A stretch of DNA of 64,000 bases. It comes from the human T2T-CHM13v2.0 reference genome, Homo sapiens. The notes under the pieces are model-generated. The model saw nothing but the letters and a program-made list of their open reading frames with translations, searched no databases and had not been told where the DNA came from. A program made the position numbers and the translations under genes. The stretch lies in the NCBI RefSeq assembly GCF_009914755.1, contig NC_060934.1. One strand, 5' to 3'. Shown here piece after piece: positions 14,780-28,330 of the stretch (position 1 is its first letter; every line of letters starts with the position of its first letter).

Positions 14780-15928
14780 TCACCAATTATTGGATAGTAA
14801 TTAAGGATATGATATTAATGACAATAAAAAATAAGCATTTATTCTACCCTCTACAGTCTATGTCATACATTTGCATATCTGATACTGTGATTCTATTTGT
14901 GTTATTTAACATAGCACTGCTTTCATTGTTTCTATAATTTTCAATTATTTCTGACTTATTAACATATTTAGCTTTAATTTAACTTCGTAATCATTTCTTT
15001 TGGGTAACTTCTAACATAATGTATTTAAATTAAATGTTATGTACCAAATTATATATGGAAATTAGCAGTTTGTATAAACACAAATAATAGGAAGTAATCG
15101 AATTGAAAACTAATCCAAAACTGCTTTTTGAATGGCAGAAGGAAAACAATTGAAAAATGAAATCCTTAAATATTATTTGAATGACCTTAACTTTTAATTT
15201 TTTCTTGATATGAGAAAACAAATTTCAACTTAGTTGCTAGATATTCATTCAGACATTGACATTATTTTCTTTGCAGCAATGGACATAAGGATAGGTAAAA
15301 TAACTTTTGTAGAATTAACAAAATATAAATTTTTAATTTAATTCTCGTGGCTCAAGTTCACACAAGATCACCGAGAATAAAGCATAAAAAGCATTAACAC
15401 AACAGTCAGTGGCAGCCAACAGGCACACACTGGCCACCTCTAGTGATACGACTTTAAGATTGATCAAACAATCAAAAGAGAGTTATTAAAACAATCTATT
15501 TGCCAACATTTTGTAGCATTTGTCTTGTGTACTTTTTATGTAATTTTGAAGAACTCTAATACCACTCATGTTGATACTTAAGAAAACATGATACTTACAT
15601 AAACCCAACAAGAATAATTAAATATTGAAGAATGAGACTTACATGTAACACTGAGCTTTGGAAAGCCAAAAACTACGTGATATCTAAAATTCTGCTCCCT
15701 CAAAACCAATTTTTGTCCCCTTGGGGGCAATATTGGCCCCTCTTAACAATGCATGTTATACCCTCTACTTTTTCTCCAAGTCCCACCTGTCAGTCTCTGA
15801 GAATGCTCTTTCTTCTGGGAAGGCCATCGTTCTTTATCTTTTGAGAGAGCAAGTTGTCAAACTTAACACAATCACCAAACTTGAGTCCCAGAGATTGAGA
15901 CCATCATGGGCAACGTAGCAAGACCCCA

Positions 15929-16276
15929 TGATATGGTTTGGCTGTTTCCCCACCCAAATCTCACCTTGAATTGTAATAATCCCCATGTGTCAATAACGGG
16001 GCCAGGTGGAGATCATTGAATCACGGGGGTGATTTCCCCTGTACTGTTCTCTTGGTAGTGAGTAACTCTCAGGAGATCCAATGGTTTTATAAATCGGAGC
16101 ACAAGCTCTCCTGCCTGCCACCATGTAAAACATGACTTTGCTCCTCACTTACCTTCAGCCATGACTGTGAGGCCTCCCCAGCCATGTGGAACTGTGAGTC
16201 AATTAAACTTCTTTCCTTTATAAATTACCCACTCTTGGGTATGTCTTTATTAGCAGCATGAGAACAGACTAATATA
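15929..16276 (+). mobile_element. THE1 (MaLR) solo LTR nested in an Alu-monomer remnant
   Basis: TGATATGGTTTGGCTG...GAACAGACTAATATA. 5-bp TSD CCCCA at 15924-15928 and 16277-16281. Confidence 0.92.
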
Positions 16277-19200
16277 CCCCATCTCAAAAAAAATGAATAA
16301 AATAAAATAGTTATTCCCTTAAAATCTTTCTTAATAAGCCAGGGTAACCACATATTATTAATACACATGTGTCTTCCATGCTCTTATTTGTGCCTTTTTC
16401 TTATCCATGCCTTTGTTAAATCCATATCTTTTTCTACATTTGGAATGCTTGTCTCCCTCCATCCTTCCCCCACCAAACACACACATGTAGATTTTGACAT
16501 AACCAAATCCTGAACATCTTCCTAGATCCAGATTGAATATTTTCCCTTCTGCGTCTTGTCACTTACTACCACTACCTTGAAAGTCAGATGTAGGCACAAT
16601 TTAGTTTTGTGTCCTCCGTAATAAATGGCTCATTGTAGACTCATATAATGTTAGAAAAAATAAGACATTTATAGTGCTTAAAGAAGCTTAACTATAAACA
16701 AGGAGAAAAATATGTGAACCTATAATAATAATTTACAAAGTGGAAGATTTAGGGGAAATTGGAAGCTGATGATGGAATTATCTATGCAGTCTAAAAAGAA
16801 TTTATGTTTTCCAAAAAAAAAGTCTAGTTTTGTAGTCCTGATTTAAAACCCTTACATCATATTGTGAATATTATGCCTCCATGAATAAAAAATAGAAGCT
16901 ATAAAAGTGGACTTGGATGAATTACTATTATTTTTATAAATTAGACCATCTGGTTATGAATTTACTTTATGAATTAGACCATATGTATTAGGGTTTTGCC
17001 ATTAAAAATTCCATGAATGACTCATTGAGGACTTTGTTATAGGTTACAAATGCTGATACATTTTATTTTCCATTCACAATGTGGCATTTAATATATCCAC
17101 ATATAATCATTGAGCATTGCTTTGCCCTCTTTTATGCTAACGTGTTGGTGACAAGAAAGCAGACTTAGTTTTTCAGACTTACGAGCTGAGGGATCATTAT
17201 TCTGAGTGCTAGCAATTGAAGTGACTTAGAGACTTAAGGTTAAAAAGAAGGGTAAAATAATATTTTTATGTGAATTCATGGCTTTCTTTTCATCAGCATT
17301 CATGAGCCCTAAGGATTTTACAGGTCATATTTTTAATGAGTTATCTTGACTCTTTTTGACTTCACTGGGGGTCATTCAGCAAATAAAATCGTACCAAAGT
17401 TAGAGCTGCATATGGCTCCTGAATGATGAAAGAATGGTGAGAATATTCTTTAGTCTTTTTAGCGTTTGTTTCTAAGTTATTTTTCAGAAAATCCCCAAAT
17501 TATAAGGCAGAACATTGAAATTAATTACTTTGGTGGCTTCATTAGAATCGGAGCTGAATTTTCTTGGTAGTCAAAAGAATATAAAACATAAGAAAACATG
17601 TATTGTGAAAAGCAGAAAATAATACTTCAAATGGCATTAAACACGTTAAGCTTTTTACTAAGCAATTTTGTTTCTTGTGAGGTTTTTAAAAAATGTCTAA
17701 GCAGAAGATAAACTAAAAATATAGTAAAGCTTAGAGAAAAAAATACTTTTTATTTTGTTTTTCCATTTGAACACAAAATACAATGGGAGCATATAAGTAA
17801 AACTTTTACAATTTACTATGTTTCCTTAGATGTAGGGAGATTGTGAACAGTTTTATTTTTATAGATAGATGGTTTGCAGTGATTTCAGAATGCCCTTATG
17901 CTTTTTTTATTATTACTTTATCCATGTAGTAATAAACATCATTAGGAAAAAATCTCGTACAATAATTTTAAGCAGATATCTCCGTACTTAAAATTTTTTT
18001 ATGCCTTGTAGAATGATTAAGGGCAGAGTGTTGACCTGGAACTACAGATAATTTATCTTTGACTAAGATGTAGTATATTCTATTTCATATTAGAAGTTTC
18101 TGATGTATGTTGCTCCCTTGAAAATCTTCCACTTATTTTCCTGTAAACTTCCAAGCCACAAATATATGTGTTTTTTTCTAAGTAGCTTCAGCACTGTTAA
18201 ATATTTTAGAAAATTTTATTAATGTAAATATAGCCAGATCATTGAGTAGGAAAACAATCAATGGTGGCAAATAACTGACATATCCATAATAGAGTCACTT
18301 TGTTTCCCTAGACCTTTGGGGAAGTGATTGTTTTATATCACTTCACTCATTTTGCACACACATACTGCACATTACTTAAAATTCTGTTTCTGAAATAATT
18401 TGTTTAAAAAATAGCACTCCAGAAAATTTCTGTTAAATTTAATAACTTCAGTGTGAACACCTGGATCAGAATCATTATACATAACAGAGTACTGGATATA
18501 TCCATTTGCATCTTCTCATATATGGTGAGCTCTGAAAATATACGAAATTCTATGCACAGAGAAGAGAAAGCAAATGTACTAGTTGCTTTTCCTTGTAACT
18601 TCTTATAAATGCATCCATGAAAATGCATGTCCTTTGTATATTCATGAAGAGAAGTAGCACTTTATTTAGTAGGTTTTTCATGACAACAGAAAAACCTGTG
18701 AAAGGCAGAATTTGTGAAAATAATCAAACTTAGAAATGAGGCATTGAAATGAAGTGGTGTTTTGCATATATACACGTTACCTCAACTTTCTAAATATTTC
18801 TTAATTTGGTAAGAATGCGTCAACATCTTATTTGTTATTTTGCATGAAGGAAGTTAGAACTAGTGGTAGAATGTAGAAGGAGAAATATGAACAAAATTAT
18901 TACCTTTTCTGGAAATTTATGTTCAACAAGAAGGGTCACCTCCTCTCCCTCTTTGAAGTCCCACCATTCTCTTGTATTTTTGAGATTATTTTTATATCTA
19001 CCACAGAGTTGTTTACTGTGCACTGCTTCTCAGCATTGTGTACTTTTCCCTGCAACTTCCAACAATAGTTTTGGCCATTGATTATTCTGTTCTAGTTGCT
19101 GCCTGAGAGTCTGAGACCCCTGACTTGATCATCTGCTATAATCAACATACTGTTTTCAACAAAGATTCAATGGGAGGAAAACCACATCTCTCTTTGGTCC

Positions 19201-19629
19201 CATCCATCAGTTCAAAACAAAAACACCAACACAAGGCTTATTTACATGTTATAGATTTCACAGAAGTGTTGATCCTAATTAGAATCTTAGAACCCAGAAT
19301 ATGGCTGTACTCAGAGTACAAAAGGAAAATCAGATATCAAACTTTCACACATAGATTCTCTCCATACACATATCCTAGTTCCTAGACTCATTCCTTTGAA
19401 TCTTTTAAAGGAGCCACATGTTCTATTCTTCCAATGCATACATAGACTCCATTTTCAGATAACACCACTCACTAAACATAGGGATTACTTTTGCGTTAGG
19501 ATGCATTTTTTTTTTCCTTTTTGCTGGAGCGATGAAGACCGTTTGACCTATAGAGTTTATTTCCTGAAGTATGAGGTGTTTAGCCACAGAATGTCACAGT
19601 GGGCTCCTAGATGTGACAAAAGATCACTG

Positions 19630-19830
19630 GTCATGTAGCTGGAGACAGACTTGGATTTGAATGTCAACTCTGCCGCTTACTACTCATTATCTTGGGCAAA
19701 TTATTTAGAATCCATAAGCCACTTTCTTTACATATGTAAAATGATGATTATAACATGAGTTGCAAATTGTTTTCAGGGCCACCAAATGCTATACCAGTGG
19801 AAGAGAGAGTGCTTTGGAAACTATAAAGCA
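19630..19830 (+). mobile_element. MIR
   Basis: GGATTTGAAT...CTCTGCCGCTTACTA...CTTGGGCAAATTATTT...TGTAAAATG. Confidence 0.75.
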
Positions 19831-20354
19831 TTTAACACACTTTAGGTAAAGTTTTCTAAAATTAATCCTTCATAAAATGTAAGCATAGGAAAGGGAGAAA
19901 AAGTAAAATTCAGAATATTTGTTTAGTTGTGTTCTTAAAATAGACTGCATTAGTATCTGTATCATCTAAAACTGTGCAATCTATTACTTTTCTGAACAGG
20001 AGTTTTCATTGTATTTCCATTTAAATGCCCTTTCACTTAATGCCAGAATTCGTTCTATGTGTTTATTCTCACACATTGTCTGTTTGGATGGGTGTTCATT
20101 AAACTTCATGCCTGTGTTCAGTGATAGCTGGGCCTCGATGAGATCCCGTCAGGTGTTAAGCTTAGAGCACAAGCTGTTATTGTTTGCCTCCGGTAACCTG
20201 GCTAAGGGTGTCTGTCATTTAGGAGATAATGTTAGAAAGGGTGAATGTTGTCAGCGGGTGAGTTATTCATGACGAATAAATATCCAAGGAAAACGAAAAT
20301 GTTTGTTTTTAAAGCAAATAAAGGGCATTGAGATCTGTTGACGTATTCTTTAAA

Positions 20355-20379
20355 AATAAATAAATAAATAAATAAATAA
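20355..20379. repeat. (TAAA)n microsatellite
   Basis: Directly visible. Confidence 0.9.
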
Positions 20380-20834
20380 CATTCTGCCGTTCTCACACAT
20401 GGTGAATGTTCAAATAATGACCCTATCTCACAGAAGAGCATTAAGATGACATAGTGCCATACACAACTCGCTTATTAGCTCTTTAGTGAGAAAAAATACA
20501 ACACCCTCACTTGTTATTGGAGTGCCAACTTCTCCATAAAAACACAAAATAGGAGGATAATCTGATGATTAATATATCAGATTTTTTTTAGTTTTTCATA
20601 TAGAACCCTCGTGTATACCTTCCACCACCAAACACATGTGCTGCTTCCTGTCTTAAATGAGGAGAGGACTGTCTTCCTGATGAATTCCAACTCTTCTACC
20701 TTTAGTCTTGACTCTACTCCCCACTCCCCAATTCTGGAATCTGGCTTCTATGAGCATGGATCAAATCCCAAGATTTAAGCCTCAGTACCTGTGCTTGTAA
20801 CCACCATATACTACTGCCTCTATAAATAACCCCT

Positions 20835-21160
20835 GGCCAGGCATGGTGGCTCACAGCTGTAATCCCAGCATTTTGGGAAGCTGAGGCAGAAGGATTCCTT
20901 TAAGCCAGGAGTTCAAGACCACTTTGGGAAACATAGGCAGACCCTATCACTACAAAAAAATAACATAAAATAAAAATCAATAGCCAGATGTGGTGGTGTG
21001 CACCTGTAGTCCCAACAACTCAGGACGCTGAGGTGGGAGGCTCACTGGAGCGCAGGAGTTCAAGGCTGCAGTGAGCTGTGATTGTGCCACTGCACTCCAG
21101 TCTGGGCAACAGAGCAAGCCCTGTTTCTTAAAAAATAATAAAAATAAAAATAAAAAATAA
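20835..21160 (+). mobile_element. AluJ element
   Basis: J diagnostics GAGGTGGGAGG and AGGAGTTCAAGGCTGCAGTGAGC. Confidence 0.93.
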
Positions 21161-21164
21161 AGAA

Positions 21165-21575
21165 CTTCTAATTGCTAAAGCATAGACAAATTGACAAAAG
21201 ACATACATAGGTATCACACCTAAGAGGAAATAGAAAAGGCAACTAATAAACCTATAAAAAGATGCCCTACCACTATAGTGATCAGGATAATGCAAATAAA
21301 CTCTAAATACCCAAATGTTGAGCAAAAGTTAAAAAGCTAATACCAAGGATTCCTATGGATGTGGAACAAACAATTAAAAATTTAGTATACTTTTGGCAGT
21401 AGTATAAATTGGTAAAACAATAACAATTTGGCAGTAGTAAGTGATATTGAAGCTGCACATATTATCCTGTTACATAGCTATGTTCCTCCTTTGTATGTTC
21501 TTTAGAAGAAATGCTTATCTGTGTGTCCAAGAGGTATAAGCAAAAATGTTCAAAGCAGAGAGTTTTGAAACACCC
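21165..21575 (+). mobile_element. Old L1M ORF2 3' fragment
   Basis: Degenerate ORF2-end motifs (ATCAGGATAATGCAAATAAA, GGATGTGGAACAA, AGTATAAATTGGTA). Confidence 0.7.
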
Positions 21576-21599
21576 TGAAAATGGGTGTTTCCATAACAC

Positions 21600-22003
21600 T
21601 GTTACCAAACACCATGGATTCAGTCTAGGTTCCCTTGCTTACCTCACGGAAAGCCAATCACTGAAACAATGAGTATTGCCAGGCTTTATTATATTATGGG
21701 TAACATCAGCCAGAGAGATGATAGTCAAACCTCAGCTCCATTCCTCCTCCCCAAGTAAAGGATTTATATAGATGGGAAGGAAAACAGGAAGGGAAAGGAA
21801 GAGAAGTTGGTCAACAGGCAGCAGGTGCTTGAATGAAGGGTCTAGTGTCTCATGGTAACCACATGAAGGAAAACAGGAATTAGGGAAGGGTAAGGAATAG
21901 GAATTGGTCAGCAGGCGACAGGTGCATCTGTAGGTGAAACTGTAGGTTTCTCAATCTTCAGTTCTATGGGCATCTGGCTTGTTGGAAAATTGGGCCAGTT
22001 TCA
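21600..22003 (-). mobile_element. ERV1 (MER4-group-like) solo LTR
   Basis: TGTTACC...GTTTCA ends. 4-bp TSD ACAC at 21596-21599 and 22004-22007. TTTATT (minus-strand AATAAA) near 21685. Confidence 0.85.
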
Positions 22004-22214
22004 ACACAAAAGGAGAGACAAGTATCAAACTTCACACATGGTTTCTCTTCATAAGCACATTCTAGTTCCCAGCCTTGATCCTTGACTTCAGATTTGACTC
22101 TCCTTTGAGTTTTTTAAAGGAGTCATATATTCTATCCTTGCAATGAATAGATAAACTCCATTAAATAATCGGTGATATATTCAAACAAAGAAAATCATAC
22201 ATTAGTGAAATGCA

Positions 22215-23415
22215 TTAACAAAAAAATTAAACAATCCAATTAGAAAATGGGCAAAAGATATAAAGAGACATTTCACTGAAAAGAATATACAGTTGGCAAA
22301 ACAAAAACATGAAAAGGTTTTCAACATCAGTAGACATTAGAGGAATGCAAGGTAAATCCACAGTGAGATATCACTACACGCCGACCAGAATAGTGAAAAA
22401 AATTTAAATGATAATAACGTCAATACCAAGTGCTTGGGAGGATATAGAGATACTGAATCATTATACATTGCTCCTGAGAATATAAAATGGTATAGAAACT
22501 CTGTAACAAAGGGTTTGGCAGTTTCTCAAAAACAAATAAACCAAAAACTAAACATGCAATACCATATAATCCAGCAGTTGCACTGATAGTTGTTTATCCC
22601 AGAGAAATGAAGACTTATGTTCACATGAATACCTGTACACAGATGTTTATAACAGCATTCTGTTAACTGTACTAGCCATTATCTAGCAACAACATTCTTT
22701 GTAACAGCCAATATCTAGAAACAACCCAGATGGCCTTCAGTGAGTGAATGGTTAAATAAATTGTGGTACATCCATACCATAGAATACCACTCAGCAATGA
22801 AAAAGAGCAAACTATTGCATGCAACAACCTGGATGAATCACTAAAAAATCAGATTGACTGAAAGATGAGGATTCCAAAAAGTGACTAATTTTTTGATTCC
22901 ATTCATATGACATTTTTGAAATGACCGAATTCCTTCAGAAATAGATAACAGGCTGGGTGAGTGCAGTGGCTTACACCTGTACTCTCAGTGCTTTGGGAAG
23001 CTGGAGCAGGAAGACCACTTGGGCTCAGGATATCAAGGCTGCAGTGAGCTATGATCATGCCAATGCACTCTAGCCTCGGCAACAGAGTGAGACCCCATCT
23101 TTAAAAAAAATAAATGAAAATAAATAGATAACATATTAGGGATTGCAAAAAGTTAAGGAGGGAAATGGGATAGGAGAAAAGCAGGTACAGCTATTAGAGA
23201 GTAACATGAAGAATATTATCAATCCTTGTGGTAATTGAAATGTTTTGTATCTTGACTGTATTTGTGTCAATATCCTAGTTATGATATTGTACTCTAGTTT
23301 TGAAAGACATTACCATTGGGGGAACTGGATAAAAGATATTTTGAGATTGCTCCATATTATTTCTTAAAACTTCATGTGAATTCATAGTTATCTCACAATA
23401 AGAACTTTAAATAAA
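22215..23415 (+). mobile_element. L1MC/MD-type 3' portion, interrupted by an Alu monomer
   Basis: AAAATGGGCAAAAGA..., TTTATCCCAGAGAAATGAAGAC and TTGTGGTACATCCATAC. 3' UTR ending in an A-rich tail. Confidence 0.85.
22951..23121 (+). mobile_element. FAM/FRAM Alu monomer with a 12-bp TSD
   Basis: Single monomer plus poly-A. TSD AAATAGATAACA at 22939-22950 and 23122-23133. Confidence 0.88.
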
Positions 23416-23521
23416 AATAATTATGTTAAATTTACATTCTAGTAGTGATTTAGTTTCATTTAGCTTTTATATAGCCAAAATTTACTTCCAATTTGTACAA
23501 TGTAAAAGCATCTCCATCTTC

Positions 23522-23620
23522 TTTTTTATTTTTAATTTAACTTAATTTTAGTTGAAAAATAATATACATATTCATGGGGTGCATAGTGATATTTTGATAC
23601 ATGTAATATGTGGTGATCAT
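23522..23620 (-). mobile_element. Short L1MA 3'-end fragment
   Basis: ATGGGGTGCATAGTGATATTTTGATACATG...GTGATCA. Confidence 0.7.
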
Positions 23621-24268
23621 GACATATATTTAGATCTGTAAAATCTGTAGTCCACAATATCATCACAAAATGGACAAGAAAATAATCTTAGTCATTGACA
23701 TTTCAGGTTTTAGTTAATTAGCAGCTTGCTCTGTGTCTGTTCCAAGCCATGTCACGTAATTACTACATGGATAACGTCCATGACTGCTTATAGTTTTTTG
23801 TCAGTTTTACCCTCATTTAAGCAATTCTTAAACATTTTCCAAATGTATTATTTTTGTACTTTATGCTTTTCATATTGCCTATATTATCCAATGTCAAGTT
23901 GTAGATTTAAGCTAGATTTAGTATGATAAATAGTTTTTGATATCTCACGCCCAAGTTTAGTATAGATTTTTTATTCACCTCATTGCAAACCACTCTGAAT
24001 GAACCTCAAGGCGGTCTTCATGAACCTCAAGTCTAGAAAACAGTCATTTTTCTCACTACTTAAAACGTATAGATGAAATAATTTGTACTCTGGAATGAAG
24101 CTGTAGTCAGGCATTTCAAACCAAAAAACTTGGATAGTACAAGCCTAGGTCTTGACCTCTGAAAACCTAAATTAAATCTCTCAGCTAAGTGTGAACATTG
24201 TGCACTTCAGGGAATAACCTTGATAATGGACGCTAGGAAAGTAGAGGTAGACAGAAGCTAGTGAACAA

Positions 24269-24341
24269 CTTCCTTCCTCCCTCCCTCCCCTCCTCCCCTC
24301 CCCTCCATCCATTCTTCCTTCCTTCCTTTTTTTTTTTTTTT
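24269..24341. repeat. Polypyrimidine low-complexity tract (CCTT/CCCT plus poly-T)
   Basis: Directly visible. Confidence 0.85.
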
Positions 24342-25109
24342 ATCTTTATCAAGTGTTTAGTGAGGACCTACTTTAGGAAGAGTCGAGAATAAATGTTGCA
24401 AGGTAGTAGCAAATACATGATTAACTAATATTCTAGAAATTCCATTTAGCTTATTGGATAGTGCAGAATATACAGATTTAGACATCTACTATGTCAAAAA
24501 CTGAATTTGTGTACAAGAACATAAATGAATCTTTTTGACATAAATGTTGCCTAGTAATATAGTTCATCTTGATAAGCTATATGACCATGCGGATTTTTTC
24601 CATTTTATTCACTCTTAATTGGGCATTTTTGGTAAATGTGCTATAATTTCTTTTTCAGAAAAATATTTTCACCAAATGCAGGATTATTATAATATCAAAT
24701 CTGCGACTTTTTGAATGAGAAGACTTTAAATATCAGGCCATTCTCTTAGGCAGCAGTAAGTGAAAGAGTGGTTTTAAAATATTATGTAGCAATTGTCCAC
24801 AATGATGTGTGACCCAATCCTGAAAATATAAAATTCAAGCTTTCGAGAAGATATTGTTCAGACTCCATGAGGTTGCCTTTTTTAGGTCAGCTAGGTAAAG
24901 ATATGAAGAACACAAACTAAAATAGTTGGGTTTGTGAATACATATGCTTAGTTCCAAAAACTACCACTAGCAGCAGCAGCAGCAGCTAGCATTTCCCTGG
25001 TGCTCTCTAATACCAGTATTATCCAAACACAGCCTGGCTCGTAATGGGCAATTAATAAATGTTTGCTTAATGGAACAATTAATGGTACCTAAGTCTTATT
25101 CATCTCTTC

Positions 25110-25310
25110 CTATGAACTAAGCACTCTTCTAACTACATGATCTTATTTAATGTGCATAATAAGTGCAAAAAAGCTACCATGATCATACTTTATGCAGATC
25201 AGATAACTAAGTTACAGAGAACTCATTAACTTTTTAATGTTAGTAAGTGGTTGAGCTGGAGTACAACTCCAGACAGTCCAGTTCCAGGATCCGAGCGCTT
25301 AACTATCACC
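25110..25310 (-). mobile_element. MIR
   Basis: ATCTTATTTAAT...GTTAGTAAGTGGTTGAGCTGG...CTTAACTATCA. Confidence 0.65.
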
Positions 25311-25663
25311 CCAGACTACCTGTCAAGGTTTAGGACTCAAAGGTTTACTAATTCCACACACAGCCTTTACCCAACATTTAGCAGGCAAACAACCAAGGGA
25401 CACTAGTATTTTCCTAGAATTCTTTAAGCATAGCAGTGATTTGGAGCTTGGTAAGAGAAAATTTTAATTATAGAGCTATATTAAGTTCATGGATGGAAAA
25501 AATGTTGCAACTGCCAAAACTTTCTGATTAAATGTGTAAGCTGTTAAAAAATTAAAGTATAAGCCTTGTGGGACAACTGACTGTTCACTCATGGTTTTTC
25601 ATATCTTTACATTGATCATTACTTAAGTAAATTGTATAACATGTAATGGTATTAAGAAGTTTA

Positions 25664-25964
<301 letters not shown>

Positions 25965-27350
25965 TTATGTACTCTCTTAAATGACAGCAATGAGCTTTTA
26001 ACCTCCATCAATTAAACTACTTAATCAATTGAAGGGGTACTGGAAAAACCCCATCAACCAGAAAGGAAAAGAATAAAGAAGTTTGTCACCTGTCAGGAAT
26101 CTTGTATGGGGGCTGAAACGTCTCTGATATAACTAGAAAACCCAAATTTGTACAAGTGATTCAGTGGGGAATCCAAATGTATACTGTTGCATAATGAAGA
26201 CATGATGAGCTAAGAAATTAGTATTAAAACAAATGTAGGACCCTGGAATCTTTCAGGTGGAACCTGTAGCCCTATAGTGAAGAATTGATAACTTAAACAC
26301 ACAGCCTCCTGCACATGATGAACTCATGGTGAAAAATGACAAACCAATGTAAGAGATAAGCCACCAGGAGGCAGAGTCTGCCAACCATAAAACAGAAGAA
26401 TCATCATTTCACTACTGCTCCTGAGCTTGTGTCTTGCCATCTTTTTCCATGAAAATCCTGCTCATCTGTCAAGGGGATTAATTCTATGATTTACCTATCA
26501 CTGTTTTCTCTCATAGTAATGTTAAGTGTAGACATTTCATGTGTTTAATAAATTAAAAGTTATTACTATGTAGATCAAACATTTTATTTTACAAAGAAAG
26601 AAAGAAAATTATTCCTATATGATGTATTTTATAACATAACTTTATTCTTAAAAATTGAATCTCTTTATGTAAAGAGATGGAAATCTTAGAAAAAAAATAA
26701 TAGTTAACATCAATTGTGGAATACCTCCTATGTGTAAGGTTACCATCACATACATGATGTAACCCAGTTCTCTTAAAAATATTTTGAAACAGTTATCCTC
26801 GCATTTTACAAATGAAAAACTGAGACTCAAAGATTTTCAGTCTCTGACTTCATAGCCCTTGATAACGAAAAACTACTAAATAGTTTTGAGATTGAGGCAC
26901 TATTAATGATTTGACCATGATTATATTGTGTAAAGTGTCTTTAACTTTTTATCATCTTGCAACATTATTTCAAATTTAGGTCTGAGATATTGGTAGATTT
27001 ATGTTCTCAGAAAAAGCGCCCTAACCCTTCAACAGTAATACTCAGTTTACTATACTTTTCCTGTGCTTCTTGCACCAATTTTCTGCTTTATACTAGATTG
27101 AATTTGAGAGATTTCCTTTATTTACAATTTTTGATTTATGCTTTGAAAACTATGTTTCCAATTTTAATTATTTTAATAGAAATAATTTAGATTACTTCTC
27201 TTTTAATCATGAAAAAAAAAAGGATTTTAGGACAATTTAATTTATTACCTCCCAATCTTTTCCACCCATTTACCAGATTATTATTCTCTAGTTTCTCCTT
27301 GTTTTTCTGCACTGCCACATAGCCAGTGAGGTTTTTTTTAAATGATTTTA

Positions 27351-27637
<287 letters not shown>

Positions 27638-27999
27638 TTACCAATTGCATTCCTCATAATTGATTCTCCTTCCTTCTAAGATCAGTTTCCAAAAAACAAA
27701 AAAAAAAAGTTCAATTTCCTCTTAAATGTAGTAGATCATTTAGTAGTTTTATCAGTAAGGTTCTCTTAGTTATAGACTCTACAGAACTTTATATAATTAT
27801 GTACTCTGTTTAATAATTAAAATTATGGATAAATAATTCCTACATATTTTCCAGAATGTTGTCGTAGTGGTAGCACATGGAACACACTAGAGGGGGGACA
27901 AGAAGTAAAATCCATTCAGGTGCAACTTAAAATTATTACAGAGCAATAACTGATAAGTCATTTTGTCACGAATAAGATACAACCTATGTGATAAATTTT

Positions 28000-28330
28000 A
28001 AAAAATATATTGTTAAGTAAGTGGTTTGTGACTCAGAATTGGGAAACCAAGGAAAGAGAGGCATAAAGATCCTAAGTTTTTTATTTGAGTTATTGGGGTA
28101 AAACTTAGGAAACTCAGGAAGATGATCAACCTAGTTTTGGAGAAGAAAATGATGAATTGGTTTTAGATTGCCATGTAATTTTAGTGCTTGTATGACATCT
28201 AGCATTTAATATGAATTGTACAGCTGTGTCCAGAAAGATGTTAAAGTTAGAGGTGAAAATTTGGTAGTTATTCTCAGAAATGTATTAGTGAAAGTTGGGA
28301 AAGGATGTAATAGTGACTTCACGGAGTGTA
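28000..28330 (-). mobile_element. L2 fragment
   Basis: Purine-rich degenerate L2 ORF2 motifs (GAAAATGATGAATT...TTTAGA). Confidence 0.5.

Noticed and set aside
23999-24031. 12-nt direct repeat ATGAACCTCAAG with a 9-nt spacer
   Set aside because: Too short to interpret, most likely a simple micro-duplication.
24968-24986. (CAG)n tract
   Set aside because: Only about 6 units and intronic, with no sign of expansion.
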